Counted from the whole stretch's first letter, positions 37,506-51,474 are shown. The stretch: DNA of 62,836 nucleotides, filler included, from Choristocarpus tenellus KU-1152 (GCA_964200185.2; 11 parts of 11 records of this genome joined end to end with filler, not necessarily neighbours in it); one strand, 5' to 3'. The notes: a model not told the origin generated them from the sequence alone. A program made the numbers and translations.

Positions 37506-37829
37506 ATATTTTATACTTTGCGGCATGATACAACAGTATAGGTTCCACCTATGCCCACCAAGGAATACAGTATTAGAGCCCACTCATTTCACTAGCCCAG
37601 CCAGTCCTGCCCTTTCTCCAAGACATGGTAACAAACATGGTGCCATCATACAGTGAAAATCTACCTATCCTTGATATAATTGCCGTTCATGCCCATAATA
37701 ACACTAAATTCTTGTACCACAGAACAAGGTGAGATATTTTTGCTCTTGTTGGTTCCTGTCTCTTGGAGCACTCACTCTTTCCCCGATTATATTTTCCAAT
37801 ATATGACCTAATGACCAGAGTATGGTAGC

Positions 37830-38345
37830 ACTCGAACGTCATCTGGCAACTAACAAATCTGAAGGCAAATAGGCTTCCTTTGCACCTTGGAGGACAACAG
37901 TCCCTTCACCGTCAATCGCAATTTCCGTATGATCGCGGTTTCCCATGCAGGAGATCCCTCCAATGCCACTACTGCCCCTTACAAAAGGGGCATCATCAAC
38001 TAACAATGAATGGCATCTCCCTGTTATTGTAACAGAGGCGTGTATGCTTAACCACTACAATGGATCTTTTCACCCTCGTAGTTTTAACCTCAACATTTTC
38101 GTGGTAGAAAGCTTCGGTCCTCTTGGCACACAGGCTGAGCTATTTCTGGATGAGGTAGTTACTCATGTTGTTGGGGGTAGGAGGGTGGAGGGTTTGGGGA
38201 GAAAGGGCCCTGTAAAATCTCGTTTACGACAGATTGTTTGAGTGACGCTCAATTGGCAATCTCAGGCAGAGCTTTGTGCTTCAAATTAGGGACTCCAAGT
38301 CGATAGGCTAGGAGAGGCTTGACGGATTTCTGGGAATCTTGTCTA
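37830..38345 (+). mobile_element. Older CRE-like 3' fragment (REL domain)
   Basis: GSFHPRSFNLNIFVVESFGPLG.QAE.FLDE...HVVGGR....RKG.VKSRLRQIV is homologous to ORF 1-465; upstream PCT...SPFTVNRN matches the 59263-59487 ORF. Confidence 0.8.
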
Positions 38346-39238
38346 ATTCTCGCCAGCCTTCGTCGAGTCAGTTTAGGAGTTGTTTTTGTTTTCCTTGTTT
38401 CTTGTCTACTGTTTACATGCACTTGCGTATATCTATCTGCGCATGGTTGGTATTTGTAATACAACAATAGTCTTTTTTGTTGTGTTGTATTTTATTCTAT
38501 ACATGATATTTCCTCTTCTCCAGTCTCCATTTGTTAATAGTACGTTTTGTTACCTTCTCCCCTTCATATTTATTTATCTCCTACTTGAAAATCCTCGAAA
38601 AAATATGAGTGAACATAGTAAGATATGTAGTAGAAAGGGTAATTCAAAATTTCCTTGACTCTTCGTCCCCCGCATACTGTTGACATGCTTCCTCCTTAAA
38701 AACTTGGGCCAATCATTGAGGAGCAGTAGGTTCCTGTATATGTGGAGTACTTCGTCAGAATAACAAGCAGTTCTTCCCCCAAGCATATACTGAGTGTCTA
38801 CTACATTTTGCGGGTCAAAACGCATATTCATGCGAAAAAGAGAATAATCAGCAATATGCACATGTCCAAGCTTGTCGGCATTTTGTGGTTATTTGTTTCG
38901 TACTTGTATGGAAGGGTTGTACATACCAATAATGAATGTGTGCTCAAGATCCTGGCACATTACACAGCACACAATATCTCAGTTGGGGGAGCAACTCGCT
39001 CATAGCTAATCTGAACAAACCTATCTTGTGCAGTGGTGGTGTAGGATAACACATGAGTAAGAATACGTACAGTATCCTTGTTTTGTGTTGTTTTCTGGTA
39101 CATATTCAAATTCATAATATGACAGTATTTAGGATGCTGCATGGAACAATGCGCAACTACTACCACCCCATGCTGGTGTTACATATCTTCTGTCCTACTG
39201 GCATCTGTGCTCCCTCTACAAATTCCTACAATACGCTG

Positions 39239-40211
39239 TCACAAGACCATGTGATCTGCCAATTCTTCCAAATCAAGGCCTTGAAACTTTCTCTTGCCCT
39301 TCGTGTTTCCTGTGAAACGTGATCCATATTGATGCCGTGTCACTTTCTTAGAAGACCTTGGGGGTGACACTGAGAGGTTATTAGTGATACTGAAGTCTTC
39401 GTTGCCAGTCTTGTTGATAGTTTGCACACTATTCAGTCCAGGGTCAGAACCAACATTATCACATGGTTGAGTCAGCTTTGTGGATCCCAACTTGGACGTA
39501 CGCAGGGGTGTCCTTGATTGAGGCTTCAGTTTGCTGTTACAGAACAGGGGCAAAAATTATTGATCAGAAATTTGGAGAATGGTTGCAGTATGGGTGGAGA
39601 GGGGAATGCTTGGGAGTTTTAAATCTCAGCTTTCATTGCTCCATCCACTAGTTCTGTTGCTAAACAGTACTCTTCAGATGTAGTGTTCTATGTCATCACA
39701 GCATCAACAGCCCAAGTAGGGTTGATATTAGTAGTAAAATAATATATCCGGGTTACACAAAAAGCAAGACGATTAAACCTTGTCAAGAACTTAGAACCAC
39801 TCTGTACCTGTCCCCTTGTTGTGTCCTTTGGGAAGACGAAGATGGTGAGACCTTGCGGATAGGGGACTTGAACCCTGAGTCCCTCCTACTTCTATTAATG
39901 AGGCCACCCCTGCCAATTTCCGGCTTGGTACTGGAAAGTCTTGAGACCACTGGAGGGTGAGTGCGAAATTTGTGCTTGTTAGTAGCACCCTGCAGTTTTG
40001 AATGCACAGCATGGGGTCTTGCCTGTGGATGTAGCTTTGTCTCCTTCAAACCGTCCATTTCTTTCCCCGTTCTCCCACTCAGGTCCATCCGCAGCTGGTC
40101 CATTTCCTTCTGATGACGAACTTCAGCCAGGAGGAGTCGACCCTCCACATCCCTCTCATGGTCAGCTTCCAGCTCCGCCCTAAGGGTCTTTTCTCGGGTC
40201 TCAAACTCTGC
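39239..40211 (-). CDS. Last two exons of an unknown coiled-coil / low-complexity protein
   Basis: Exons 40211-39808 and 39533-39239 with AG/GT boundaries join in phase 2 (D-S-K) and end in a stop; heptad-like EFETREKTLRAELEADHERDVE. Confidence 0.6.
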
Positions 40212-41776
40212 CTTCGGAATTGCAAACGTGGCAGTGTAGCAGTGATTATAATAGGAGAAAAACAATAGTACTTTATACCTGTATCATACAAGAGGTGGTG
40301 CAGCCCTTCTTACTCCTTTTATCACTGTTCATAACAATACTGACGATTTGTTATATTCGCATGGGAGGTACTCTACCGACTGTGACAGTGTGTACACTCA
40401 GTCAAACGATATCCTTCCACAACACGAATCAGAGTGAGGGATGGTCGCCATTGGGTTTTTCATGAAGAGCATTTCCTGTTGGACATATCAATTCCAGCAA
40501 TCCATCAAGCACGATCCCAGGCACTGGTCAAAACGTAGAGGTCTTCCATGCGATTTTGATACAATCTGATAGGATAAGATGTCTTGCTGCGTCATACTCA
40601 CACCACTTATGTCTACAACATCACTTCATCAGTCCATAATTTAGGTACCTTAACAAAAACAAGCATACACACTATCACCGTTGCTAGTAATGCCTAAAAA
40701 AACTTGCTCTGGACACTTTTCGTGAGTGTGACAATCTGTAATACTCACTAAAAAATAGTTCTTCAGAGTATCTAGAAAAATAGCCTCCAAAACTGATTGT
40801 TACGCCTGCTCACTAATTTTGTGTTGAAGACGATAGTTATTTTTTTATCTAAATAAAATGAGAGATGGTTGGTCCACATCCTCCACTGAAGTGGGTATGT
40901 CATCTCTAAAGAGATCACAAAATTAAACACCATCACAAAACCTCAATAAAATGTGATGAAGGTCATGACTTCGTCTTGGACATGCCAGTATCATACATCA
41001 CGGTTTATTCTCTCCTTCACTACTGGAGCAACACGATCTTCATGTAAACTATGATAATAGTACATGAACCAAACTATTAGAGGAACTTGGTGTAAGCCCG
41101 TAGGGACCAGGTTAGCATACTCCATCCTGTATTTTTAGTTCATGATGGAACAGAGTCTGTTTTGGGGTATTCATCCCCTGTGAAACGAGCTAATGCGACA
41201 AGGTGGTGATGTCTAATCTACATATTGAGCTAGCTGTTGTTGAGGTGTGTGCAGTAACCTCACTCCTTGCAAGGTCACCAAGCCCTCAGAGGCAAAAGGG
41301 TTTTCATGGAGTAGTGATTCATCAGACCCCTGAACCAGGGAACAACCACTGGAAGTGCGTCGTGGTCTTTGCTATGGACTATCAAGCCATCAATAAGGAT
41401 GTAACATCAAGATCGATGACAGTTATGTTGAGCAAGGACGGGGATGATGAATCGGAGGGAGCTCAAAGGATGATGGATATGAAGATCTGGAGGAGAAAGT
41501 AGCAAAGGAGGATGGCGGCAGTGAGGAGGGTAGCTCCAGGTAAACTGCCTCAGAAATCTAGTCAATGGACGATGGGAGGTTGAAGATCGGTTCAATATGT
41601 TATCGTCTGAGGGATGAAGAAGAGGATTCTACCTTGAAGTACGAACATATCAGGGTGGTTAAAATGGAACCTAGGAACCTCTCTTTTGTAATTTGTCTGT
41701 GAACTCGATGTGATTGAAGTTGCGTTAATTTTGGAGCCCATCAACTACTTCCATTTGCTTTACTCCGAGGACAAGA

Positions 41777-42041
41777 GGCTCAAAGTATCTGGGGGTGGGG
41801 GTGGGGGTGACGACTGTCCATTTGGGACTCATTTTTCCATGTCGCGATTTTTGGGTGATTTAGTTGCATGTGTCGGATGGATAATGTAAGTGCACATTTC
41901 CTGATCAAGACCCAAGTGGACACCCTGTTGTTGACCCCCCCCCCCCCCCCCCCCCCCCCCCCCACCGCCAAGGCTGCCGACCCCACCCCACCGCAGGAAA
42001 GGTCCGACACCCACACACCCCGCGCGCGNNNNNNNNNNCCC

Positions 42042-42072
<31 letters not shown>

Positions 42073-42088
42073 ACGGATACTTTGAGCC
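41777..42088. mobile_element. MITE family B (contains poly-C tracts and a 10-N gap)
   Basis: GGCTCAAAGTATC...GATACTTTGAGCC; TSD AGA/AGA. Confidence 0.85.
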
Positions 42089-42316
42089 AGATCAAGGTCA
42101 AGGTAGAGGTTGCAACCACTCGCATTCGACGAGGCAGGCATTGAGCATATACCACTGATACCCGGCAAATGTTGAGTGCTCTTTTAGCCATGGCCTTGGT
42201 AGAGAGGGTGGGCGAGAAACAGTCGAATTACTAGGCAAAGGTGATATTTTTTGTGCGATCTGAGCAAGCATGGGAAAAAATATCTAAAGTTGGTCCAAGT
42301 ATTTGAGAGTAATATT

Positions 42317-42344
42317 GGGTCAAAGTATCTGGGGGGGGGGTGTC
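42317..42344. mobile_element. MITE family B left end (contig end)
   Basis: GGGTCAAAGTATCTGGGGGGGGGG. Confidence 0.8.
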
Positions 42345-42444
42345 NNNNNNNNNNNNNNNNNNNNNNNNNNNNNNNNNNNNNNNNNNNNTTAATTAATTAA
42401 NNNNNNNNNNNNNNNNNNNNNNNNNNNNNNNNNNNNNNNNNNNN
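42345..42444. other. Artificial contig-join linker
   Basis: N44-TTAATTAATTAA-N44. Confidence 0.98.
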
Positions 42445-43076
42445 CCCAACAGCACCCCCCCCTCCCTCTCCCCTGCCCCCACTACCCTGCCCAAACACAA
42501 TGCACTCTGTTGGTCTTTCCCCTGAACCAGGTGTTGCCTTACCTTCAACCTTTCCTTCAATCACATCAGTACTCTTCACCCTCCTGTTCATTTCCAATCC
42601 TTCATCCAAATATACAGACTCTGATGGTCTATTTTCATCATTATCATTATCACTAGCCACATATGCCACCCCTGGCACCACCACCTCAGATTCTACCACT
42701 GCCTCAGACTGAGTTGGTGAGATAATCAACATCATCTTGCCTTCCTTGAAGTCAGATCTTACGGCATGTCCCTGTGTCCCCTGCATGGTATCCGGTTCAG
42801 CATCAAATCCCGTTACTCCCTCACCCACCTGGGCTATCACTCCTCCTCCTCCTCTTCTGGAACCTTTACCTGTCTTGTCACTTGTCCATCCTCTCAATCC
42901 CTGGGAGGCATTGTTGCCAATGCATGCCTCATCTGCAACTCCAGCTGTGCGTGGTAATGTGCCCTGCCTTCTTGGTTCACCACTTAGCTTGTGTTTAGGA
43001 ACAGAGAGTGATGCTCTCATTGCCTCTGTGAGCTCATTGGCGATTGCAGCTCTTGTAGATGAAACCGAAGATGAAA
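42445..43076 (-). CDS. Large exon of an unknown low-complexity protein (runs off contig)
   Basis: More than 200 open codons with Gly/Glu/Ser-rich host-like composition; candidate acceptor ctattcag at 43077. Confidence 0.55.
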
Positions 43077-45339
43077 CTGAATAGATGTTAAGGTCACGAC
43101 AAGTGGGGTGTGTGCAAGGGTATTCAGTATTCACTATCAAGTTCATGGTATCCACTAATTGATAGATGGGTTAGGGACAGTGATGAGAAACTGTAGAAGA
43201 TTCCACTATAAATAGATGGTAACAATCCAGACAGACAAACTATGACAATGAAAGATGTGGCGCAAACTGGCACTGATGTCTGCAACAAGGGTGTATTACC
43301 AGTCAGTACCTTGGTCTGTTCTTGGTTGTTACTCCTTCATGTTTGAGAAGTTCATACTGCTTATCACTAGCACGACTTGGGACTGGTTCAAGCAGAGTAG
43401 GAAATTGTGTGAGTATATTGAATCGAGAAGGGTTGACACTTCAGTTTCTCACACATTGATCTTTCGTTGGATTCCATATGGATATATATACACACACATA
43501 TACATACACCCTCTCTCTTCAGCATCAGTTTGAACAGTTTGTGTGGATGATCAAGATAAACACTGCATTGGGAAGACATTTCTAATGGCTTTGCGGTGGG
43601 TGGTGTGGGATAGGAAGACTAGGTTAGATTTCGCTTTGATTTTAGGGTATACCTCATAGTGGGGTTTTGCAAGACCCTGTCGAAAATAATAAAATTTGAT
43701 ACTGTTTTGTGCATTTATAGCCAAATATACCCTGCAAAGGTTTAAAATTGATGTTCAACAGAGGGAGTAGTTCTACAGCTGTACTAGATGTAGATGCAAG
43801 ATGTAGATATTCAAGATAAGAAAAAAGAGTCCCGTGTTGACCTTCTCAAAAAGAACATCTAGGACAAACAAAAAAGTAAACAAAATGAAAAGATTGAGAC
43901 CGATCTTCAAGAAAGCCTCTTGTATGTAACTATTTTTTGCTGTGTTTTTATTTTCAATATCATTGTGTACACATTGGTGTTGTTATAGTTGTGGGCATTA
44001 TCTCTTCCTTTATCCATTATTCTCACTGTAGCAACTCAGTTTTGGAGGACTTGGATGAAGATGGGAGGATAGGATGGTCAAAATACATTCACAAGAGGAA
44101 CAGGTCAAATACCTGTTTTCTTTCTAGTTCAGAGGCACAGAGGATAGAGCTCTACGGCCCAGTGAAGACTTCTCTTTGACATTACAGGGTTTTTTCTGCC
44201 ATGTACCATGTACACAGATATGATAGCAGTGATGTGATGTCCTTAATGTGTAAGGACCACAGCAAGATAGTACATCCAAACCAATACTTCACTTAAAGGT
44301 CCCTTTTGAGACGCTCGTTACCATTCAAAGTATAGTCTCATTGAAATTTCCTGGACCACATACCCAACTGTTGACATACAGAACATAGTAATAGCAATAG
44401 TGAACTGCAAGTATTGGTAATAAAATAACCCTCCCAAACTCATTTCAGTGGTTGGGGTCATGTCAAGGTGTAGGTGAACAGGTTATGTATGAAGGATGTC
44501 ATCTCCAACAAGCCTCTTACAACACACCCCAGTCCTTCCTATTACATCTACTTTTATGATCATGTATGTTCATCTGAGGTATCCAAGAGCTGTGGTTGAA
44601 GAGGGTAGTCCAAAGAAGGCTACCCACACAAACCGAGAAAAGGCAACAGAGACCATAAAAGAAAAACAATGAAGTGGAAAAAAAAAGAAAAGAGGACAAT
44701 AAAAAAAGTCTGCTATTTTCAAAAGTGATTAAACAGTGAGTACCAACAATGTGTATGGTCATACCTACCATTATTTGTGTACATACTACATACTACATAG
44801 TACCCCCATCCCCCCAGACATGACCCAGACATGCAAATCAGTGAACAAATGGTTAATGCATTGCATTTCTTTGTAAACCAAAAATTGTGGAAGCCCCACA
44901 TAGTATGTATGTACCTTGAACCACCATCCATATCTGTACAATAGTAAGGATTGCACATATCTGTACACACAAAAATCGGATATTGTACTAATGAGCAGAC
45001 TAGTTTACAATAATACCATAGTGGAAGCAACACAGAACTCTCAGTCCTCTTCACATTCCATCTCCGGGACATGTCGCAGACAGAGGCACATGCAGACCTT
45101 GTCTCGATCTAGCAAACATTCTCCTCAAAAGGGACAAAGGGGGACAAAAGGCAATCATCTAATCACAAAAAAAATAACAACTCAAAATATTGACTCAGAA
45201 ATTAAACAAAAAACATAAAAAAATAACAACCATATTACTGTCTGGATTCCGTATCCTCTGTAAGAGATGCAAGTCACCTGATTGTTGTTCTGACACATCC
45301 TCCACACCCTTGGTCCTAGCCTGGACTCTCCCCCCCTCC

Positions 45340-45439
45340 NNNNNNNNNNNNNNNNNNNNNNNNNNNNNNNNNNNNNNNNNNNNTTAATTAATTAANNNNN
45401 NNNNNNNNNNNNNNNNNNNNNNNNNNNNNNNNNNNNNNN
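45340..45439. other. Artificial contig-join linker
   Basis: N44-TTAATTAATTAA-N44. Confidence 0.98.
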
Positions 45440-45946
45440 GGGGGGGGGGGGGAGGGGGGCGGGTGCGGTGAGGGAGTGACATTCCGCAGGTAGGAATGCA
45501 TCTCATCTCTATGTGGACAAGAGGTCCATGAGAAGAGTCCACCATTAACTATTTTTTTATTCCAGAGAGCAGCCTATATTTAATAATAACCCGAGGATCA
45601 CTGTACTAGGGGGTGAATAAGGAGCACTATCTTTTGCTCTTGTACACGTTCTAGACATGTCATTATAGGGCCCCCCGAAACGAAATCCTGTGCTCTTCTG
45701 CCTGTCTGTCTGGGTTGGTAGCTGGTTTGTGTCGTTGTGTGTCGAAATTGCCCGAGGTGGTGAGCTGCTTAGTGATCTCTCCCCTTTTTGTGCCAGAAGA
45801 GTCATTTGGGGAAAATATGCAAATGTTACTTCTTTTTCTTTTGTCCTCTCTTTTTCTGATCTTTTTGAGTACACTAGTGGTGAAAGGCATGCTGGGCAGT
45901 ATGACAATAGCTGCAGGTAGCCGCCGGTTCAGGCCTAGCAATGATA

Positions 45947-45978
<32 letters not shown>

Positions 45979-46192
45979 GTCCTTTGCTGTGATTGTGTGT
46001 GTGTGTGTGTGTATGTTTGTGTATGCTCTCTCCGTATTCAGTTTGGTGGACATGTGCAAGTTAATTGTGTTCTGCACATAGGCCCTTCCTGCACACTCCT
46101 TGTTCCTCATCTGCCCCCCCCCAAAAAATAAATTATATATATATGCGCTACTTACACACATCAAACGGCCCCTGATAATCTAATGCCTTCAG

Positions 46193-46480
46193 ATTGGAGA
46201 TGCCATTGCAAGACCGGCAGAGGATCTCTTTGATGATGATGCTTTGTTGGAGGAGTTGGACATGCTCGAGAAGGCGGAGTTGGAGGAACAGTTGCTGCAG
46301 CCCCCAGCCATACCCTCCCACCAGGTACAGCATGCACAGGCAAAGATCATCACCCCGGAGTTGCCAACAGCACCAACAGGAGTTGTATCCCCAGCGCTCC
46401 CAGCACGTCCAGCTGCCCCAGTTGCGGAGGATGAAGATGCAAGGGCACTTAGAGAGCTCGAAGCTAGCATGGCTTTGTGA
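46193..46480 (+). CDS. SNF7: Terminal exon of ESCRT-III Snf7/Vps32/CHMP4-like protein
   Basis: After ccttcag: IGDAIARPAEDLFDDDALLEELDMLEKAELEEQLL...PELPTAPT...EDEDARALRELEASMAL*, the Snf7 C-terminal pattern including a MIM2-like LP.AP and an acidic terminal helix. Confidence 0.85.
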   Translation: MGDAIARPAEDLFDDDALLEELDMLEKAELEEQLLQPPAIPSHQVQHAQAKIITPELPTAPTGVVSPALPARPAAPVAEDEDARALRELEASMAL

Positions 46481-46646
46481 GGATTGCAGATGTTGAAGAG
46501 GGTTTGGGGTGAGGGAGGGAAGAGTGGAGTGGGGTGGATCCAGACATACTGCTTTCGGTAGTTACGAATGAGTGTGTGCTTTGTGTGTTTGTTCTCTGAA
46601 GGTATTTGTTGGGCCGGCTTGAATCTCAGGGGTGGTCTTGTTTTGT

Positions 46647-46947
46647 TGTATTTTTTTCTCCCTTGTTGAGTGTTTTTTTTTTCCATCTGGGGTAGATNNN
46701 NNNNNNNCGAGGTGGCGACTTGATCTGCATGTGGGGTGGATGCTGCTTGGATAGATTTGGTGTATTTTTTTCTCCCTTGTTGAGTGTTTTTTTTTTCCAT
46801 CTGGGGTAGATGATGCAGCGTTTGGTGGGAATGGGAAGGCGGTTGACCTCAAAGGTTTTAAGATGGTGTGGCTTGAGTCCCAAGTGTTCGAGGTGGCGAC
46901 TTGATCTGCATGTGGGGTGGATGCTGCTTGGATAGATTTGGTGTATT
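46647..46947. repeat. Interleaved ~50-60 bp direct repeats around a 10-N gap
   Basis: tgtatttttttctcccttgttgagtg..ccatctggggtagat x2 and cgaggtggcgacttgatctgcatgtgggg...ggtgtatt x2. Confidence 0.7.
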
Positions 46948-48021
46948 CTTGTGGATGGTGTCTGTTTCAAAAACAAACCCTGCGTAAGGTTGGGGGCGTG
47001 GGCTTGCTTGTATTATGCAGGTAGGGGATGGGAAGCAGTGATGCTCGAATGGGACACCCAGATGTATTCATTCCTGCAGATGCAGGTTATTGGTTGTGTT
47101 TCAGATACACCCTAGGTAGGTAGAAGTCTCTTTTTTTTTTCTCCTTCTGTTAGACTTCCGTTTTTGCTGCCCTAAAGAGTAAGTGTAGGGCAAACATCAA
47201 AAGAGAGAGAGAGAGGTTATACACTTCGGTGATGAGGTTTGGGGGAGGGACTCATTGATGACATGTTGTTGGGGCATGAGTATATTATCTGAGAGTCTGG
47301 GCTGGTGGGCAAGGGTATTGCCTGGTGTGTCATGGTGTGAATTTTCTTGTGAAATAAGTTGTGTCATGACCACCAGTATGTTGGGCACTGGTGCTGGCAG
47401 TGGAGTATGGGGTAGTGCCATCTTTTTACGTAGTAGAAGATGATGACAGTTGCCCACATGTAGCCAGCTGTAAACTGTTGACATCAATGGTTTCGTTGCA
47501 TCTGTGACAGTATTCCATATCGTCCTCTTGCCTAGCCCCCTATCTTGCTCCAGACCATTTTCAACTGCCAGCTGGCCAGCCCTCTCCTTTAGTGTGGCTG
47601 GTTGTATTTGTACTGTCCTCCTCTAGGAGAGTAGAGAATGGCAGGAAGCTAGAAGATTGTACCTCCTTTTTTGTCTTGAAATCTCCTCGAGAATTCGAAT
47701 GCTCCAATGCACAGGGTGGGAAATGACTCCAATCTTCCAATACTGTAGGGAGTGTTTCCATTACTAACACATGAGAGAATGATAACGAGTGAGATCCTGA
47801 CTCCCCCTTCACCAAGCGATTGATGGTTGTATTGCTTTTGATTGACCCACTGATATTGGTACATGTGAAGGACAGCTGGAGGAATATTCCACTGCTACAA
47901 GTGTGACTGACGAAGCGTTCGATTATTTTAATGTTTTTCGGAAAAGTTTTTTTCAAGTACTCCTTTGAATTTTATTTTATTTTATTTTTTGGGGGGGGGG
48001 GGGGGGGGGTCTGGGTCTATG

Positions 48022-48121
48022 NNNNNNNNNNNNNNNNNNNNNNNNNNNNNNNNNNNNNNNNNNNNTTAATTAATTAANNNNNNNNNNNNNNNNNNNNNNN
48101 NNNNNNNNNNNNNNNNNNNNN
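48022..48121. other. Artificial contig-join linker
   Basis: N44-TTAATTAATTAA-N44. Confidence 0.98.
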
Positions 48122-49240
48122 ATCGGCGTATCGGACAGACAGGGTGGAGTGGGGGGAGCATATCGCATTGACCGATATATCGAGCATGACTGAGATATTC
48201 GTACAAATAGGTCGATCATCATAATATGATGACATTATTACTTATATGCACTCAATGTTAGCTTCTTCTACCTGGCGACGATAACAATAATTGATAAAAA
48301 TCTAATAATATGGGAAAATAACACTTCTTCTTCTCTTCTTCTTCTTATCAGTCAAACTTCCATAATGACTATGAAACGCCGCCCCTAAAGACACTACTTC
48401 GAAGTACTATTTCTTCCTATCGCATCCACCATCGACAGTCAAACGACTACACCGACCGCACTAATTATTCAAGCAAACAAGCCAACGCAGGGCATATCTT
48501 TGCACGATGATCAAACGAAATCATTGCCGCCCCCCACACACTGTCCTACTACCACCTTTGGCACGGATTCCCATTCAAAAAGGGGCCCTTAAAAAGTGCC
48601 GGAGCATTAAAAAAACAAAACATATCTGTACTTTTTCCGCACCATTTTCGGTCAAACCCATCCTCAATGGTACGCTTGATCCTCAATTTTTAAAATCCAC
48701 TGTTCTTTGGATACTTGACATGTGTCCACAGTGTAGAATCCCTTACGCAACCTTCCAAATGGGGGCATGGCCCCTTTCGACCACTGTTCTTGTATGTATC
48801 CCGGTGAATCAGCTGAGTCTAGGCAAGAAAATCCTTTTGAAAGGACAAACTCCCTATATATCCTATGAATGATATATCAAGAATTAGGATCGAAGTTCTC
48901 ATAATATTCAATACTTCGTTTCAAGAGAATGGCAGTGTAGTTTAAGTTGCAGCGTGTAGTCTGGAGTCACGTCTCTGAGGTGACTACCTACTGCATGTTT
49001 GATTTAAATGGGGTGTACAGTGACCCCTTCGCCAACCCAAAATCGATGGACTCTGACGGTAAGTTCAACATCGGAGTGACAGAAGAAAAACTCCGTAAGG
49101 TTTACGGTGAGGAACTCATCTTGCAAACCGACAGATCTGCATCAACATACAACCATGTGTGTCACTGTTGTAATTGTTGGTATATTGAAGGTGGAGGGGT
49201 TTGAGGCTGCTGATTTCCTAGCTTAGTTACTGAAGGGGAG

Positions 49241-49379
49241 GATGCAAGTAAAAAGCAAACGTACTTTGCGTAGCAGCTAGATACCAAAGGGGATGATACC
49301 AGTAAAAGCAAATGTACTTTGCGGAACAGTAGTTACCAAGGAGAGGATACAAGTAAAAAGCAAATGTAATTTGCGGAAC
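49241..49379. repeat. Tandem repeat, ~52-bp unit x~2.7
   Basis: gat.caagtaaaaagcaaa.gtactttgcg repeated at 49241, ~49294 and ~49346. Confidence 0.85.
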
Positions 49380-51474
49380 GAAGAGATCGTCACACTGCTT
49401 CGAGTAGTTATGGTCTTGAAAGCTAGAAATAAATATTTCCCAATTCCAGGAAAACGGTGTTGGGTCAACATGCAAAACATGTCAGAGGCCTAACTCTAGC
49501 CTTTAATAATATTCGATGAACATCAGATTAGTTGGAAAAAATATTATATATCGGTGAGGGACTGTAGGGGTGGGTGAAAGGCCCAGTAACAGTCAGTAGG
49601 CAAACCCGAGATTTTCTTCACACTCAGCAGGAATATCTGGCTAAAAGAAGATACCAGTGAACTTCTGTTAGGAAAAGGAAAAAAAAACTTCTAACGCATT
49701 TCATCAACCAATCAAAAGGCCTGAGCGATTAAAAATATTCTGATTTTCCGTGTTAGTAGTTCTCCCAATTTGAACCTGGACTTAATTTAATATACACAAA
49801 ACTATCAAAGATGCCCCTCTTGCCTCATATTCATCAGCTCATCCAATTTTCCTGTTACATTACCGTTATGCTTTGGGCAGGGATCCTATTACATCTATGT
49901 TCTTCTTGCTCAGAATGTTTTATCCTATACCACATTGAATCTCAAGTAAAGCATTAGTCCTGATGACTCGGACGATCTCGTCAATACTTGAGTGTTTACC
50001 CATTCTTGTCAGAAACTAGACAAATGGCTATATTGTTAAGTCCGAGATGTATCTCTTGATTCCATAACACAACACAATACACTGGATAGCTAAACTAACA
50101 AAAACATTCAAGCCTTACCTGTCAGAAATAGCATCATACCTACCAATTAAAAATACATATGGAGGACAATTCAAACACAAGCTGCAAACCCTGCAGACTG
50201 AACCTCCCCACAAACTATTAGTACATGTTGCCAACAGGACTCCATCATTAACTATGGCCAACCAACAGACCAAACAGATAAGAGGCCTGCAAAACTCCGT
50301 TGAGATATACGAGGACATGATACACACAGCAGGACACACTGAACCCAGAAAAAAAAAGCCATTTTCGATTTGAAAAACACTATTATCGCTCATACAAGTA
50401 AATAGACTTCTCTTCAAGAAAACAAAAGGTGCAACATTCAGAAACTACTTTAAATTAAGAAACCAGCTTCAATTGGGTTCAAGTCTGAACAATCGTTCAT
50501 CTTGCATATCCACAGCTGCCAAACATAGTGAGCGATGAGGTTGCAGAGTGAGCCTATCTCAACAGCAGAAGGGGTTGCATTAAGGGAGGTTGCACCATAA
50601 GCAACCAAAGCAAGGCAAAAAGCATGTAACTTGATCCTCAGAAAACATAATGAGAATTGCCTACCACTATGACTATACCACAAAACTATTAGACAATCAA
50701 TATTCTACTTGGGGTAGTGCGCAGTACATAGGACTCTAGATACATGAACGGGTGGTCTTATTACTTAACATCCTCCAGATATCCCACAACACTACTAGCA
50801 ACACACCAAATCAAGCATGAAACAACGCACCATCAGAATCTCGTAAGGCACCCCTCTCCACAAAAAACAAGTCTTGCCCTGCCTAGCGGGGCATAGTCTA
50901 TTTGCATCAAAAGTTTAAAACATGCTGCGATCTCCTGCACTGCGATCTTCTCCCTGTGCAATCCCAGAGAGACCCTGCTTTGCCCAAGAAATGATCAGAA
51001 ATATAATGAAGAATGCCTACATCAGGAGCAGGTAATTTGATATTTGTGATAGATCCCCGAGTATTATCTAGCTCTCTTTTTCAATTAGCAATCATATAGT
51101 GCCCACTCACCACTTCAACATATAGTTCGAAAACCCAATGTTTCCTGTACACAAGAAAGAAGACCTCTCAGAGACAGGGCAGCATACAACATTGACCATA
51201 CCCCAAGCCATACTGGACAAAAGCAAAACTGGATAACTTGGCCTTTTCAAGTTACCCTTGATTCTCAAATCACACCTTTCAATACAAATGTTGGTGGTGT
51301 ATTCATGTACGCAGATGTATGACTGGTCACAGGCGAAAGATCAACAGAGAGTGTTGAAGTCGTCCAACACTGCAATGAACAGGTGACAAAAGGCGTAGAA
51401 ACTAACACAGCAGACCCAAGAAACGAGGTAAATATACTTGCAACATTAAGATACCTTCCTTTCGTGCACACTGA

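Noticed and set aside
46647-46947. Biologically meaningful repeat in the SNF7 3' region
   Set aside because: Exact duplicates flank a 10-N scaffold gap, so this is likely an assembly overlap artefact.
47197-47956. Terminal exon(s) of a gene convergent with SNF7
   Set aside because: Two low-complexity ORFs in different frames with an intervening stop; could not be supported.
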